This document shows, piece by piece, positions 23,913-35,560 of a stretch of 64,000 nucleotides of DNA. Positions within the stretch are counted from its first letter, which is position 1, and every line of letters begins with the position of its first letter. Below the pieces are notes generated by a model. That model saw only the letters and a program-made list of their open reading frames with translations. It did no database searches and was not told the origin of the DNA. The stretch is from Lama guanicoe. Taxonomy: Eukaryota. Position numbers and translations under genes: made by a program. The DNA lies in assembly GCA_013239625.1 (NCBI GenBank), contig MU053994.1:1491775-1555774 (forward strand). The letters are read 5' to 3'.

Positions 23913-24136
23913 ACATGGCAGGCCAGGTGGGTGGTATGAGAGTTCAGGCATCACAGAGGCAGGGGGTAAGGCCCACCCTCCCTATATCAGAGGCACCTGG
24001 CTGAGAATAGCCAGGAGTGCACTGATAACCCCCTTACACCACTAGCTCCTTCTCCCTGCTGCCTGCTCTTTTCCAGAAGGGCAACAGAGGCCCCAGACTG
24101 TATCAGACACAGCTCCCTCCTGCCTGGAGCCCTGAA
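23485..24136. repeat. 67-bp inverted repeat (arms 23485-23551 and 24070-24136, 66/67 identical, 518-nt spacer)
   Basis: The reverse complement of 24070-24136 equals 23485-23551 except for one CpG transition. Confidence 0.95.
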
Positions 24137-25456
24137 GCCTGGCTTAAGCACTGCAGCACTCATGCATGACAGCTCATCCCACCCAGTAAAGGACTTTGGC
24201 TGGATTCTGGGCTGAAGCTGTATGGTCAGCCTCCCAGATTCTAGGCTTGGCTGTGCTTTTGTGTCCATTTTCATCCAGACTAGCTCTGACCTGGTTGGAG
24301 GAGCAGCGGAGGGGGGTCCTGAAGGACTCCGTCCTTTCCCTTTCTCAGGGGATCAGACCAGCCCACCAAGACTCAAACGGGAAGCCCCCCAAATGGAAGC
24401 GATGGAAGGTCCTGTTTTATCAGCATGAGAGACCTCAAGCTGGGTGACTGGAAACTGACATGCCTTCTATTTATTTATGAAATTTGTAACTGTGAAAATT
24501 AGCCTTAGAAGTTGTAGACCCATTACTATTAGCTTTATCGTCCTCCTAAGACATACCCTGAGGCATTCCTCCAGATTGAATCCTATTGTGCTTTGCAATA
24601 AACCCATAATTGATAATGCCACGGAGCTTTAATATGGATGGAGAAATGAAATCTAGAAAGTAAATACATTCAGAATTTTGCTAGCAGGCTGAATTTAAAA
24701 CTGATTTTCTGAACCTACCAGGATTATTCCTCCTCAATAATGATTTAATTTGAGTGAGCCACCCTGAGAGCTCTTGGAGGGGAGTGGGGGGAGGACCTGC
24801 ATTGCCTGGTTTCTCACAGGGGCCCCTTAAAGAACTTTATCCTGCATTTTGCACCTGTAAGTTTGTGAAGATAAAATTAAACTCTGAAATTATACATGAT
24901 GGACCAGTAAATAACACAGGCGCCCGAGTCCTGGCTGCTGTTCCAGTGTCCTGATGCGATCACTTGTCACTAACGCTGTCAGCAGAGGGGCGCTGATTCA
25001 GTTCACTTCTACAAGGCGAGCAATTATACCGTGTTTCTCCATGAGCTGGGCAGCAGCAGGGAGGGCCAGTTCAGAGGAAGGGAGGCTGTCTTCATAACTG
25101 CTGGCCTGGAAAGAGCCACTTGGGCTGCAGGTGTTGCGGGAGCCTCCATAGGTGGTCTGTCAGGCTGCCTTTTAGGAAAACAGAGCCCTGGTGGACCCCT
25201 GAGGAAATCCATCTTGCTCGCCCTTGTGAGGAGGCAGGAGGTGAGAGTCCAGATTGCCACCTTCTCTAGGTCACTTCCATCCTAGAAAGGGCTGGCACTC
25301 AGCTACCCACCAAACAGGATTATGTAGTTAAAAGTACGGGTTCTGGAGCCAGACTGCCTGGGCTAACGTCCCAGTTCTATCAGCTGCTAATGGTGTGACC
25401 TTCAGACAATTGCATAACCTCTCTAGACCTGGGTTTCTTGATTTGTAAAAGTAGAG

Positions 25457-25988
25457 TGTTGAAGGTTCAGTTTCCCAGGAAGCCGACTCTGAGATGGAGA
25501 TTAGCATGCAGAAAGGTTATGAAGGCTCCTGGGATCAAAACATATGGAAGGAGGGGAGGGGATAGCTCAGTGGTAGAGTGTGTGCTTAGCATGCAGTAGG
25601 TCCTGGGTTCAATCCCCAGTACCTCCACTAAAATAAAGAAAGAAATGAAAACCTAATTATCTACTCCCCCCAAAAATTAAAAAGCAAATTTTTAAAAAGA
25701 CATGGAAGGGAAGGGAAGGAAGTCAGGATGTGATGGAATCTCAACAAAGGCTTCAGCCGACCTCATGGGGAGCTGTGGAACTGGGATGGCTCAGAGTTGG
25801 GGCGTGGAGGTCCAAGTCTTTATACCCCTGCATTAACCAGTCATTGGATGAGAGTTCCTGACTCTTTAACTGAGACATTCCTGCAGACTTGATAGCCTAG
25901 GTTTATCTGAAGGCAGCCCTCCCAGCAGAGCAGGGGGGGAGCAATCCTTCATTCTCGAAAGGGAGAGGGCATTACAGTTTTCACTGTG
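25457..25988 (-). mobile_element. ERVL LTR16-like solo LTR with a nested SINE
   Basis: gttcagtttcccaggaagccgactctgagatggagattagcatgca..gcttcagccgacctcatggggagct..tttatacccctgcattaaccagtcattgg. Confidence 0.7.
25553..25694 (+). mobile_element. tRNA(Ala)-derived SINE, camelid Vic-1-like
   Basis: ggggaggggatagctcagtggtagag..gcttagcatgca..ggtcctgggttcaatccccagtacctcca, with Pol III A and B boxes, an A-rich linker, an aaacctaatta motif and an A-tail. Degenerate TSD aaaacatatggaagg/aaaagacatggaagg. Confidence 0.85.
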
Positions 25989-26374
25989 AAAGATAAATAA
26001 AAGAACCTACTCTGCAAGCTTAGGTGGTTTAACATGCACACAGTGCTTAGAACCGTGCCTGGAACCAAGTAGGTGCTATTGGAAGCGTTAGCTATTTTTG
26101 TTACAAAATACTTTGTCCTCTCCTGGTTAAAGGACCCATGCAATTGGCAGTAGCAGTATGCACAATCTGATGGGGAAAGGGTGTAAGAGTTTTAGAGGAA
26201 ATGTTGACGGGTAGTAGGCATCTGTTATCTGTTCCAGGTTCAGGCAGCCTACATTTCTTCTTAACACTCATGAGGAGAAGCAGGGTCGGTGTGTAGGAGT
26301 GGCACTACTACCCCAGATGACACACTTCCTTCCGCGACTAGTTTTGGGTTAAACAGCCAAACAGGCAAAGGTGG

Positions 26375-26665
26375 TGTCTTAGTCAGCTCAGGCTGCCAGA
26401 ACAAAACGCCACACACTGGGTGGCTAGAACAACAGATGTTTCTTGTCTCACAGTTCTGGAGGCTGGAAGTCCAAAATCAAGGTGTCAGCCGGTTTGGTTT
26501 CTTCTGAGGCCTCTCTCCTTGGCTTGCAGATGGCTTCTTTCTCACTGTGTCCTCACATGTCCTTCTCTCTGTGCATGCACACATCCCTGGGGTTTCTCTG
26601 TGTGTCCAAATTTCCTTTTCTTTTAAGGACACCAGTCTCATTGGGTTACGGCTTCACCCTAACTT
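26375..26665 (-). mobile_element. MaLR MLT1A-like LTR (partial)
   Basis: tgtcttagtcagctcaggctgcca..cacagttctggaggctggaagtccaa..cttctgaggcctctctccttggcttgcagatggc..taaggacaccagtc. Confidence 0.85.
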
Positions 26666-27164
26666 GATTCACTGGAATCAAGAGACGTCAAGCTGGTAGA
26701 ACTGAATTAATCCAAGATTCATTTTATAGATGACAGGGTTGTACCCAGAGAAGTTCAGGGAGGACCCTTGGTCTGTATTGAAAAAGGGAGAGCAAGGCAG
26801 TAGTGCTGGGCTGGACCAAGGACAAGCTAGACTCTTCCCCTGAACTAAATGAAGCACATTTCTTCAAGCTCTATGTTTCTAGTTGCTGGAGGAAGGATAT
26901 TGTCAGGGAAGAATTGTATTCTATTAGACTAAGATTTATTAAGCCTCTTTGAACAAGGCAGAAACTGTGGTAGACTCTGGAAGATAGAGATGACCAGCTA
27001 AGGTCCCTACCTCAAGATCCTCAAGTGTAGGGGTTAGGTTGGCAAGCTGGGCCTTGAGTGGACATTGAGCCCAACCTGCCTCCCAGCCACATGACCTCAG
27101 CGCATATAACTCTTTAAAGCCTTCTCACTTTCTTCTAAGGTTTTTCTTGATATCTACCTAAAAT

Positions 27165-27485
27165 TCCACTCTCCACCCATACATTTACCACTCACCACTC
27201 ATCTTTCATCTACTGTCTTATAACCACTCTCTTATCCAATCCACCTACTCACCACCCACCCTCCTACCCACTTGCTGCCCATTTCATATCCATACTACTC
27301 ATCATCCATCCAATCACATGCCCACTATCTGACCATCAACCACCACCTGTCCATCCCTCCTTCTATTCAGCATTCACCAGCCATTCAACTCACCAACGCA
27401 CTTATCTCCCACCCATCCTACCCACCACCTATCCATTCATCCATTCATTCACCCATTTATATATCTATTTGATTCTTTCATTTAT
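27165..27485. repeat. Degenerate (CCAT/CCAC)n low-complexity tract at an L2 tail
   Basis: Visible pyrimidine-rich tetranucleotide-like repeats. Confidence 0.8.
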
Positions 27486-28554
27486 TCAACATTTATAGAG
27501 AAATACAGTGGTAGGTAAATTCGAGTTTATGTTCTCTGGACATTCACATTTTAGGATGTGAAAATAATAGCATTTGATAAACACTTTACTAGAGAAAAAG
27601 AGCAGGAAGATTAGTGATGAAAGCTGCCTGGTAGCATCAGAGAATTCTTAGAAGAGAGGGCATGTGAACGGGGTCTAGAAGACACCTTGGATTTCACCAG
27701 TCATCCCAGACAGAGGGAACAGTCTGATCAAAGGCTTGCAGGGAGCAAAGAACACTTTCAAGTTTGGGGAGTGGTTGTAAGCATCTGGGACTTAAGATGG
27801 TGGGAATGGGGAAAAGGCTGGTAGGAGATGAGGTTAGACAGGCTACCTGGGACCAGTTTTGAGAAAGACTTTGGACCCCATGTTATGGAGGTCAAACTTC
27901 GTTCCAAAAAGCCAGAGTCATCAAAGTGCCAGGACCATGATTTGTGCTTCAGAATAATCTTTGGTGACACTCATTAAGCTGAGACAGAGGGAAGAGACAA
28001 GAAGCAGAAAAACCAGTTAGAAGATGATTGCATTATTCTAGATAAGAGATGACAGGGATCAGGCTGTGGGAGTGGAGAGGAGATGACCAAATTTGAAAAC
28101 AATTTAGGTGGTTGGGTCATTTGCATTAGGGGAACTGAGGTTTCTACTGGGAGCCACAGAGTTAATAGAGAGGTCACTTGCTGAGATGGGGGCTTGAGCA
28201 AGAGGAACCAGATGGTACAGTCAGAGGAGGAGAGAAGTAATTAACTGTGTCTTGCCTGAGCGGTACCCAGGTGGATCTCGAATACTGGAGGCAGGGGGGT
28301 ATTCAGTCCAGAGCTTAGGCGAGGTGCCCTTCAGGTCATGGGTGTGGCTGTGAACATTAGGGCTGTGTAGAAACAGCAGAAGGACAGAATAGAATGCTGG
28401 GTAGCATCAGCTCCTAGGGTGGGCAACAGTATACATTTACCAATGGGGCCTGAAAAAGAGTAATCAGAGAAGGAGAAAACAAGGAAACTGGAGTCCCAGA
28501 TGCCAAGTGAGAAGAGTTTTTCATAAACATTTTCATTATTTTGCATGTCATTCT

Positions 28555-28820
28555 TGTTATTATTTAACTTTCTATTTTGAAATAATTCTGGGCTTACTGA
28601 AAAGTTGCAACAAAAAAAGTGCAGCATTCTCATCTTCCCTTCACCCAGCTTTCCACAGTTAAAATGACTTACGTAACCAAAGCACTCTTACCGAAATCAG
28701 AAAATTAACGTTGGTACAATACTATTAGCTACATTACAGACTTCATTCAAAGTTCACCACTTTTTCCACATGTCACTCTTTTTCTGTTCCATCTAGTTGT
28801 ATCTTCTTAGTCTCTTCTAG
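28555..28820 (-). mobile_element. L1MC-like 3' fragment
   Basis: tattttgaaataatt..actgaaaagttgcaa..cccttcacccagctt..aaattaacgttggtacaatactatta. Confidence 0.75.
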
Positions 28821-28931
28821 TCATCAAACAGGAATTTAAGGAGAAAGGAAAGGCCCAGGTCAAATGCTAAAGACAAACCTGGAGGGACGACTGCCACGAA
28901 GATCCCATGAGGCTTGGCAGTTGTTAGGGTC

Positions 28932-29986
28932 TATCCCGGTTACGAGTGCTATATAACAAATTAGCCCAAAACAGTGTCTTAAAACAACAATTATTTCATT
29001 ACCCTCACCGTTTAGAACAGGGCTCAGCAGAGATAGCTTGCCTCTGCTTCACAATGTCACAGCCTTACCAGGAAGACTCTAAGGCTGGGGGTTGCAAGCG
29101 TCTGGATGCATCTCCACCCACATGTCTGCTGGTTGTGTTACTGAGTCCAACCTCATTCTGCTCACTGCATGACAGGCCAATAAATTGGGAGACACGGTGT
29201 TGGGGCAAGGAATAACGACTTTATTCAAAAAGCCAGCAGACCAAGAAGACTGCAGATCAATGTCCTAGAGAACCATCTTCCTCAAGTCAGAATTCAGGCT
29301 CCCTTTATACTAAAAAGGGGAGAGGTGTGCTTGGTTGCTGCAAACTTCTCGGTGCCGGACTCCTTTGTTCTTGCAGCTGTCCACATAGGTCAGATCGTGG
29401 TGTTCCTATAAACCTCCAACGAGAGAAATGTTATTTTCTGTTCTGCAACTTTTTATCTTTATATGAATGGAAAAGTGTTACACCCTTAAAGGTCAGAGCC
29501 TTGAGAATGGGCTAGCCTGTTTATTTCAGGCTATAGGCAACATTCTTTCACAAAAGGTGCAGAACCAGAATTACTAAGCACAGGAACAGCACAGGGTTAG
29601 AGCTAAAGGAACAGATCAAATATGGAGTCAAATTTGTTCTTCCTTACTACAGCTGATGTTGGCTGTTGGCTGGGACCTTAGGCAAGTTGTCTGCCAGAGC
29701 ATGTACACGTGGCCTCTCCATGTGGCTGCTGGGCTTTCTCACAACATGGCAGCTGGATTCCAAGAATGAACATCTCAAGAGGGCTAGGTGGAGGCTGTAT
29801 CCCCATTTATAACCTAGTCTGGAAAGTCACGTAAAGCCAGTTCTGCCATAGTCACATGGTGCTCCGATTCCAGGGGAGGGAACATAAAGCCCATCTCTGG
29901 ATGAAAGGGGTGTCACCATGACAAGATGAGACGAGCACGTGGGATGGGAAATCTCGTGGACATCTTAGAAAATATAACCTGCCACA
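28932..29986 (-). mobile_element. MaLR MLT1 (F/G/H-like) solo LTR, interrupted by an ERV1 LTR
   Basis: ataacaaattagcccaaaacagtgtcttaaaacaac..ggcctctccatgtggct..ctcacaacatggcagctgg, ending ctgccaca. 5-bp TSD GGGTC at 28927-28931 and 29987-29991. Confidence 0.8.
29136..29651 (-). mobile_element. ERV1-class solo LTR (516 bp)
   Basis: TG...CA termini and a 4-bp TSD gttg/gctg. tttatt and tttata on + give a poly(A) signal and TATA on the minus strand. The host MLT1 sequence resumes exactly after it. Confidence 0.8.
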
Positions 29987-30264
29987 GGGTCTTCTGGTTT
30001 CAGGGCATGGTGGGGGAAGAAGCCAGATTGAGAGGATACAGAGTAAACAGCAGTCGGGGAGTGGGGCGAGCATGTTGCATATTTTGTAGGCGATTTGGAA
30101 TCAGAGGGACTCAGAGAGCCTAGAGGAGGAAGAGGAAGAAGAAATTGTTTCTTTTAGGAAGAGAGAGAATTTGAATATGTAGAGAGGGAGAGAGAGAAGA
30201 GGTTAGAGAAATAAATTGGCTGGTAGGATAAGTTCCCTGAGAAAACCAAGGGAGAGGGCAATGA

Positions 30265-30480
30265 GCCTTGGAGCCAGAGAGCCTGGGTTCAGACTCCACT
30301 CAGTTGATCATTCCTGGGTGGCCTGGAGAAAATTACTTCCTCTCTTTGCACCTCAGTTTCCCCACCTTTAAAATCAAGGTACTACTAGAGCAGGCCTTTC
30401 AGAGTGGTTATAAATATTAAAGAAGATAAAATATTGCCACTGTGGCTGGCATGGAGTGAATTACGCACTACACATTAGCT
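30265..30480 (+). mobile_element. MIR SINE
   Basis: ttggagccagagagcctgggttca..cctcagtttcccca..tttaaaat. Confidence 0.8.
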
Positions 30481-31303
30481 CCGGAAAAGCTACAAGTCAG
30501 GATGGGGAGGTGTTCTTCTGCACAAGGAAAAAGGAGTTATTCTTGGCGGGGCAAGGGGATACTTTTCTTCAGAGACCGATGGAAAACAGGAAAAGGTAAG
30601 GTCTGAAGGCAAGGAGGATGGAATCTAGAGAATTTGTGTCAACTTGTCTGTTTTTTCTTTGAATTAGGATATCAGGGCACCTAACAAGACTGGGGGAGCA
30701 GAAGTGGGGTCGTGAGCTCGAGGCAGCTAGAAAAGGAAGCAGCTGCCTTAGGAAAGGAAGTGGGGCGGGGGGAGACTGTGGGCAGGGCCACGGGGAATTC
30801 TAGGCTGGGTAAGAGATGGCCAGTAGTTCCACTGAGATGGAATGAGATCGTTTGTAGTCTCCTTCTTGGACACGGTTGTGAGATCTTCCTGAAAGAGTGA
30901 CTGGTGTTAGAGAAGGGGAAATGGGGGTTTAGATTGACCCGGGTGCTGGGAAGACCAGAGGGAGGGTACTGAGAATTCTCATAAAGCCACAAAATGCTAA
31001 TGATCACCAGTGGAGCCCAAGCCAGTCTGAGAGGGAAGTGGGTGCTGTTTACTGAGGACTTCGAGAAGCAGGAGAGACTGGAGGCCTGCTGGACACAGGA
31101 GGGCTAACTAAAGAGAATGAAGGATAGGAAACAGTTATCAGGGAGAGAGATTCCTGAACTCACGGCTTTCCTTGTACACAGATCTTGGTCGGAGAAGAGA
31201 TGTCCATCCAATGTAATTTGCTGCAGCCCTTGACAACTCCCTAGGGTTCTGCCTTCACCTACCCCCTAGCTAGTTTTTCTCATGAAGTCCCCACCCACCC
31301 AAA

Positions 31304-31347
31304 ACACACACACACACACACACACACAGACACACATTCACACACAC
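31304..31347. repeat. (CA)n microsatellite
   Basis: Visible dinucleotide run. Confidence 0.9.
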
Positions 31348-31899
31348 TCGGCCTCACTCAGGTTCTCTGAGCCCAGTGTTAACTGGGGTTTCTGTTTAGA
31401 GCATCCTACAAAAATCTCTAGTGGCTGCTAGTATTCAGCGGGGGGAGAAAGTCCCCCTGTCCTTCAAGAGTGTGAAGGACAGTAAAGGGGTCCTCCAGGG
31501 CTGGGGGACCCAGAAATCTTGGGCGTGGTGGGTGAGCCAGCCCCTCGGCGCCCCTGAGATCTGGCATCTCAGCGTGTGAAATGGGAGAGTTATTTCCATG
31601 TACGATTTCCCACAGTCTTGTCACCTGGCACATCCTGCCCGGGTGGTGTTGATATAAAAACAACTTGAAAGAAAAACAAACCAGAAAAATGAGGAAGTTC
31701 ACATTCATTAAGCAAAGCAAACATTTTTTTTCCCCCTTCTAAAATTAACTCTTTGACAATCTCTCTTGGTGGTTGTCTGTGAAGAAAGGAGGGCAGGAGA
31801 GAAAAAACAGTGTTGTTTGGATTCACGGTATTCTTCCCAGTCTAGGGGGTTCAGCAGGTTTCTAAAATGATAGAGTTCTTTGCATTATTAAATCATAAT

Positions 31900-32150
31900 A
31901 ACTACAATAATAAAATTTGCCGCTTAAAGCTTACTATGTTCTAGGCGGGACGACAAGCACTTTCCCCGTATTACGTTTACTTCTCATAACACTCCTCTGA
32001 GGTAGACGTGAAAATTCTCACTTTACAGAGGAGAAAACTTAAAGCTTAGATTAAATAACTTCCTCAAGATAACACAACAAGGGAAAAAACTAGGATTTGA
32101 ACCCCAGATTATTTGATCCCCAAACCCACACTTACAATCATTACAATATA
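31900..32150 (-). mobile_element. MIR SINE
   Basis: gcttactatgttctaggc..ctttacagaggagaaaact..ggatttgaaccccag. Confidence 0.8.
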
Positions 32151-32199
32151 CAGACAATTTGGAAAAGAAGAAAAATCATCCTCAGAGCAACACTGTGTC

Positions 32200-33200
32200 A
32201 CAGTGTTAGAGTGGATTTTCGTCTTGCCTTTTTACATGTTTTAATTTATGTGTGTGTTTGTATGAATCTATGTAATTATCATATACTGCTTTGAGCAAAA
32301 TTTCCTCCTCTCCCCCGTTAACATTATGCGACGTTCCTTTTCCCATGGTAATATCCAGTCTTCCCAGCCTTCACTTTTTTTCTCCCCAGCCTTTTAATGG
32401 ATTCATAATGTTTCATCTGGTAAATGCATCACAATGTAGTCTATCAGTCCCTTGTAACTGGAAGTTTAGGCGTTGGTATTTGTGATTCGGCTGCTGTCGC
32501 GTTCCTAGGCATCTAATGTTTTCCCCATACATACAGTGTTTATGATCATTTCCTCAGACTAGATTCCTTTGGCTAGGAGTGGAATTGCTGGGTCTTGAAC
32601 ATGAACATAAACATTTTTATGGCTCTCAATTCATATTTACCAAATACCTTCCCAACATGGCTGCATTAACCAATGTTGTCATCGGCAACAATAGCACCAC
32701 ACCCTCAACAGCACTAGGTAAAATTTTAGGTAGTTTTCTTGGGGGGAAACGGCACCTCATTATTTTAATTTGTAATTATTTCCTTACTAATGAGGCATGA
32801 CTTTCTTCTAAATGGTGAACTAGTTGTGTTTTCTCTTTGGTGAATTACCTTCTCACGCTCTTTGCCACTGAAATATTAGCAACAGGGTGTTTTCCTTGTC
32901 TCCAAATTTTCTGATATCTCCACAAGACAGAACTTTGCTACAAGTATTTTATAAATATTATGTGCATATATATGATTTATATATAAACAAATATTTTTAA
33001 CTATGAAGTTAAGCTAGTTGCTCTTTTTCCTTTCTGGTTTGTTCTATCATTTCAACACAGAAGGTTCTCCTTCCCCTAGAGGCTTGCTAAATATATACTT
33101 CTATTTCCTTCTGCTTTTTCTACTAGATTAAAAAAAAAAGTCTCTCTTTTCCCATGTGATTTCTGTATGTGTATATAGTGAACGATGAAATTCATAGATA
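32200..33200 (-). mobile_element. Highly decayed L1ME-like fragment
   Basis: ggagtggaattgctgggtc, gcacctcattattttaatttg..tttccttactaatgagg, ttttctctttggtgaatta. Confidence 0.6.
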
Positions 33201-33619
33201 ATCCAACAACAACAACAAATACAAACCAACTAATCATTTCAAATTATTCCTCTGCTAAATCTTTCCAAAGAACTGATAGATTATGTCATAAAATTGACGG
33301 GGGAAAGTTTATTTCCCTTGTCCAGCCTTTGGGCTGATAAACTGAAATGACTCAAAGGAGAGGAGAGAAAGGGCCTGGGGAGCCCATAAACTGGTCAATA
33401 AACCCTCCTCTCCCCAACAATTGACAGGTACACGGGGAGCTCCAAGCACCAAGTCAAGAACTCACTGAGATGGTAGGAGGGTGTGGAGACTTGTTTTCAG
33501 TCTTAACTTTTCTAGGTTTCTCTGCAGAGTGTAATACTTTTGGCCAACCGAGGGAACCAGCCTGATTTCCTTTATATCATTTCCCGTTCTCCTCTGGCCT
33601 CTTTGACCGTTCAGCCCTC

Positions 33620-34400
33620 TCTGCTGACTTCTCTTACGTTGCTCAGTCCTTTGATGTTTTTTTCCCCTAGAATTTGTCTTCAACCTCCTTTGTTTCTCTC
33701 TCAGCTCATTTGCCTTGGATGAATTTGTCTGCTCACGTGGCTTCAATTACCATCTACCAGCTGATGGTTGCAAAATCCATGTCTCCTCCGAGATCATCCA
33801 TCTGACTGCCCATAGGATCTCTCCATCTGGAGATCTCCACCTGTGCTTTAAACCCATGGAATCCCAAATGAGCCCACCAGCTTGCCTTATCACTGCCACC
33901 AAAATAGCCTCTTTCATTTCTGTCCCTTGGATATACTGACTCAGGGAAAGGTTTCATTTCTTACCTAGTCACTCACATTAAAAACCTTGGAGTCAGACAG
34001 CCCTGACCTTTCCACACTGCTTCTATCCAGTCCTTTCCATTCCACCTTCTCCAAACCTTTGAAATCCTTCTCTGCCCATTTTATCCATGTGCCACCTCCT
34101 TGGTTTCAGCACTCATGTGGACTGTTGGAGATATCTTCAAACTAGCCTCCTCTTCCTACCTTCAGTGATCCCTTGGGGGCCTTTCCTGGCAAGACGCGCA
34201 GGACCTTTTATGATTGAGCTCCTATTTATTTCCCCCTTCTTATTTCTTTCCCCTCCATCACGTATATCACCCACAGTAGCCAGGTGAACTGCAGTTCCTT
34301 CAACTACACCACAATTTTGCAGATGTAGTCCTTACTGCCTGTAATGCCATCTCTTGCCTCTGTGGTCCTCCTTTCCAAGCCTTTGGTTTTCTTGGTGGGT
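33620..34400 (+). mobile_element. LINE-2 fragment
   Basis: ggcttcaattaccatctacc..aaaccttggagtca..actagcctcct..tgcctgtaatgcc. Confidence 0.7.
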
Positions 34401-35067
34401 CTCCTTGGCTCTACCAGGCCTGGGCTTCACATGCACTCTGTGAAGGTAAAACTGAGATCCAGACCCCACTGGCCTGTCCCTGTCTTATCCCTTTGGGGCT
34501 CATAATATTCTATGAGGCTCACTCTAATGAAGGTGATGGTTGGTCTAAATCCAGGTCAGAAATCTGGATAAAGTCTTCTTTTGCTTTTTTTAGGGCTTAT
34601 TTGGGGGCTGCCGACTTGTGAGAAAGCCAAGATGAAAGTACAATTTGATTTTCATTTTTTAAAAAAGAAAACTCATGTGTGTTTCATGCTTCACACTTGG
34701 ATGCTCTTTAGTATTCTTTGTAAGAGTCTTTCTCCAGGGTGGCTTAGCTGAGCTATATGGCTCTCACATAAGCTGCGGGGCCAGACCTGTATTTGCATAC
34801 ATAATCAGAACTGCCTGTCTGCACTCGTCTCCCCGGCAGGCAGCTCGCTTGGGAGAAGGCTCGGCTCAGGCTGCCCCCAAAGATGTGGGTGGCATCTTCC
34901 CAGCTAGGAGGGCACCCAGCTGCTCAAAACAACATAGTTCCTGAATCGCAGTGTGGTCCCTGTGTGACCAAATTGGACCCACGGGTCCTGTGTCCTTGAT
35001 CACTCATTCCCGTGACATTTACTGGGCACTACTCTGTGCAGGGCGCTGTGTGGCTGTTGAGGGTCCC

Positions 35068-35560
35068 TGTCTTAGTTGGGATTCCCCCCATAACAGACCC
35101 TGAGACAAGGTCGAAGACACAGATATAGGAAGCACAAGTGAAGGAATGAGAAAAGTGAGACAGGAAGGGAAGAAAAGCCGGTGACGGGTGCTTTAATGAG
35201 CAAGCGACTGCTGTGGGCACCTGGGGTGCAGCCTCCCTGAGGACTCTCTGAGGCACCTTGTAGAACCTGCTGGGAATCCTCTCTCTGGAGGCTGAAGAGC
35301 CTGGGGCATCAATCCACCAACTCGCATCCCCAGGGCGGTTAACTCCTTTGGCCTCAGGGGTATTAACTCCCCTGCCCTTCAGGCATGTGCTGCAGAGGAA
35401 GCTCCTAAGGTGCTGGGGGATCCCTAAGGCCCAGAAGCCAAGAGAGTCAGACTCTTGAAGTAGGAAATCATCACTGTGCTTTAAAGTTGCCCGCTGTGGC
35501 TGTGAGTAACTCAGGTGGGTCAAGGTGATACGGGGCGGGGCGTCAGCAGCGTCTGCTATG
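35068..35560 (-). mobile_element. ERVL LTR33-like solo LTR
   Basis: tgtcttagttgggattcccccataacagaccctgagacaagg..aagtgagacaggaaggga..ctgtgggcacctgggg, ending cagcagcgtctgcta. Confidence 0.8.

Larger units (their letters stand above)
25320..26100 (+). mobile_element. MIR SINE split by an LTR16-like element
   Basis: 5' half gttaaaagtacgggttctggagccagactgcctggg..tgtgacctt. 3' half cttagaaccgtgcctggaaccaagtaggtgct. Confidence 0.8.
27480..31180 (-). mobile_element. Long fragmented LINE-2 with nested L1M, MLT1, ERV1 LTR and MIR insertions
   Basis: Purine-rich antisense L2 motifs (tcccagacagagggaacag, ggagatgaggttagaca, gaaaaaccagttagaaga, ggtcaaatgct, agagagaatttgaat). Confidence 0.65.

Noticed and set aside
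24978..24996. CTCF-like tcagcagaggggcgctg
   Set aside because: An extra G breaks the core spacing, so neither register fits the consensus well.
25553..25627. Apparent tRNA-Ala gene
   Set aside because: Followed by a SINE tail and TSD, with a degenerate cloverleaf. It is a SINE head, not a tRNA gene.
35029..35523. 164-aa minus-strand ORF
   Set aside because: Lies almost entirely within an LTR33-like element, so it is a chance open frame.
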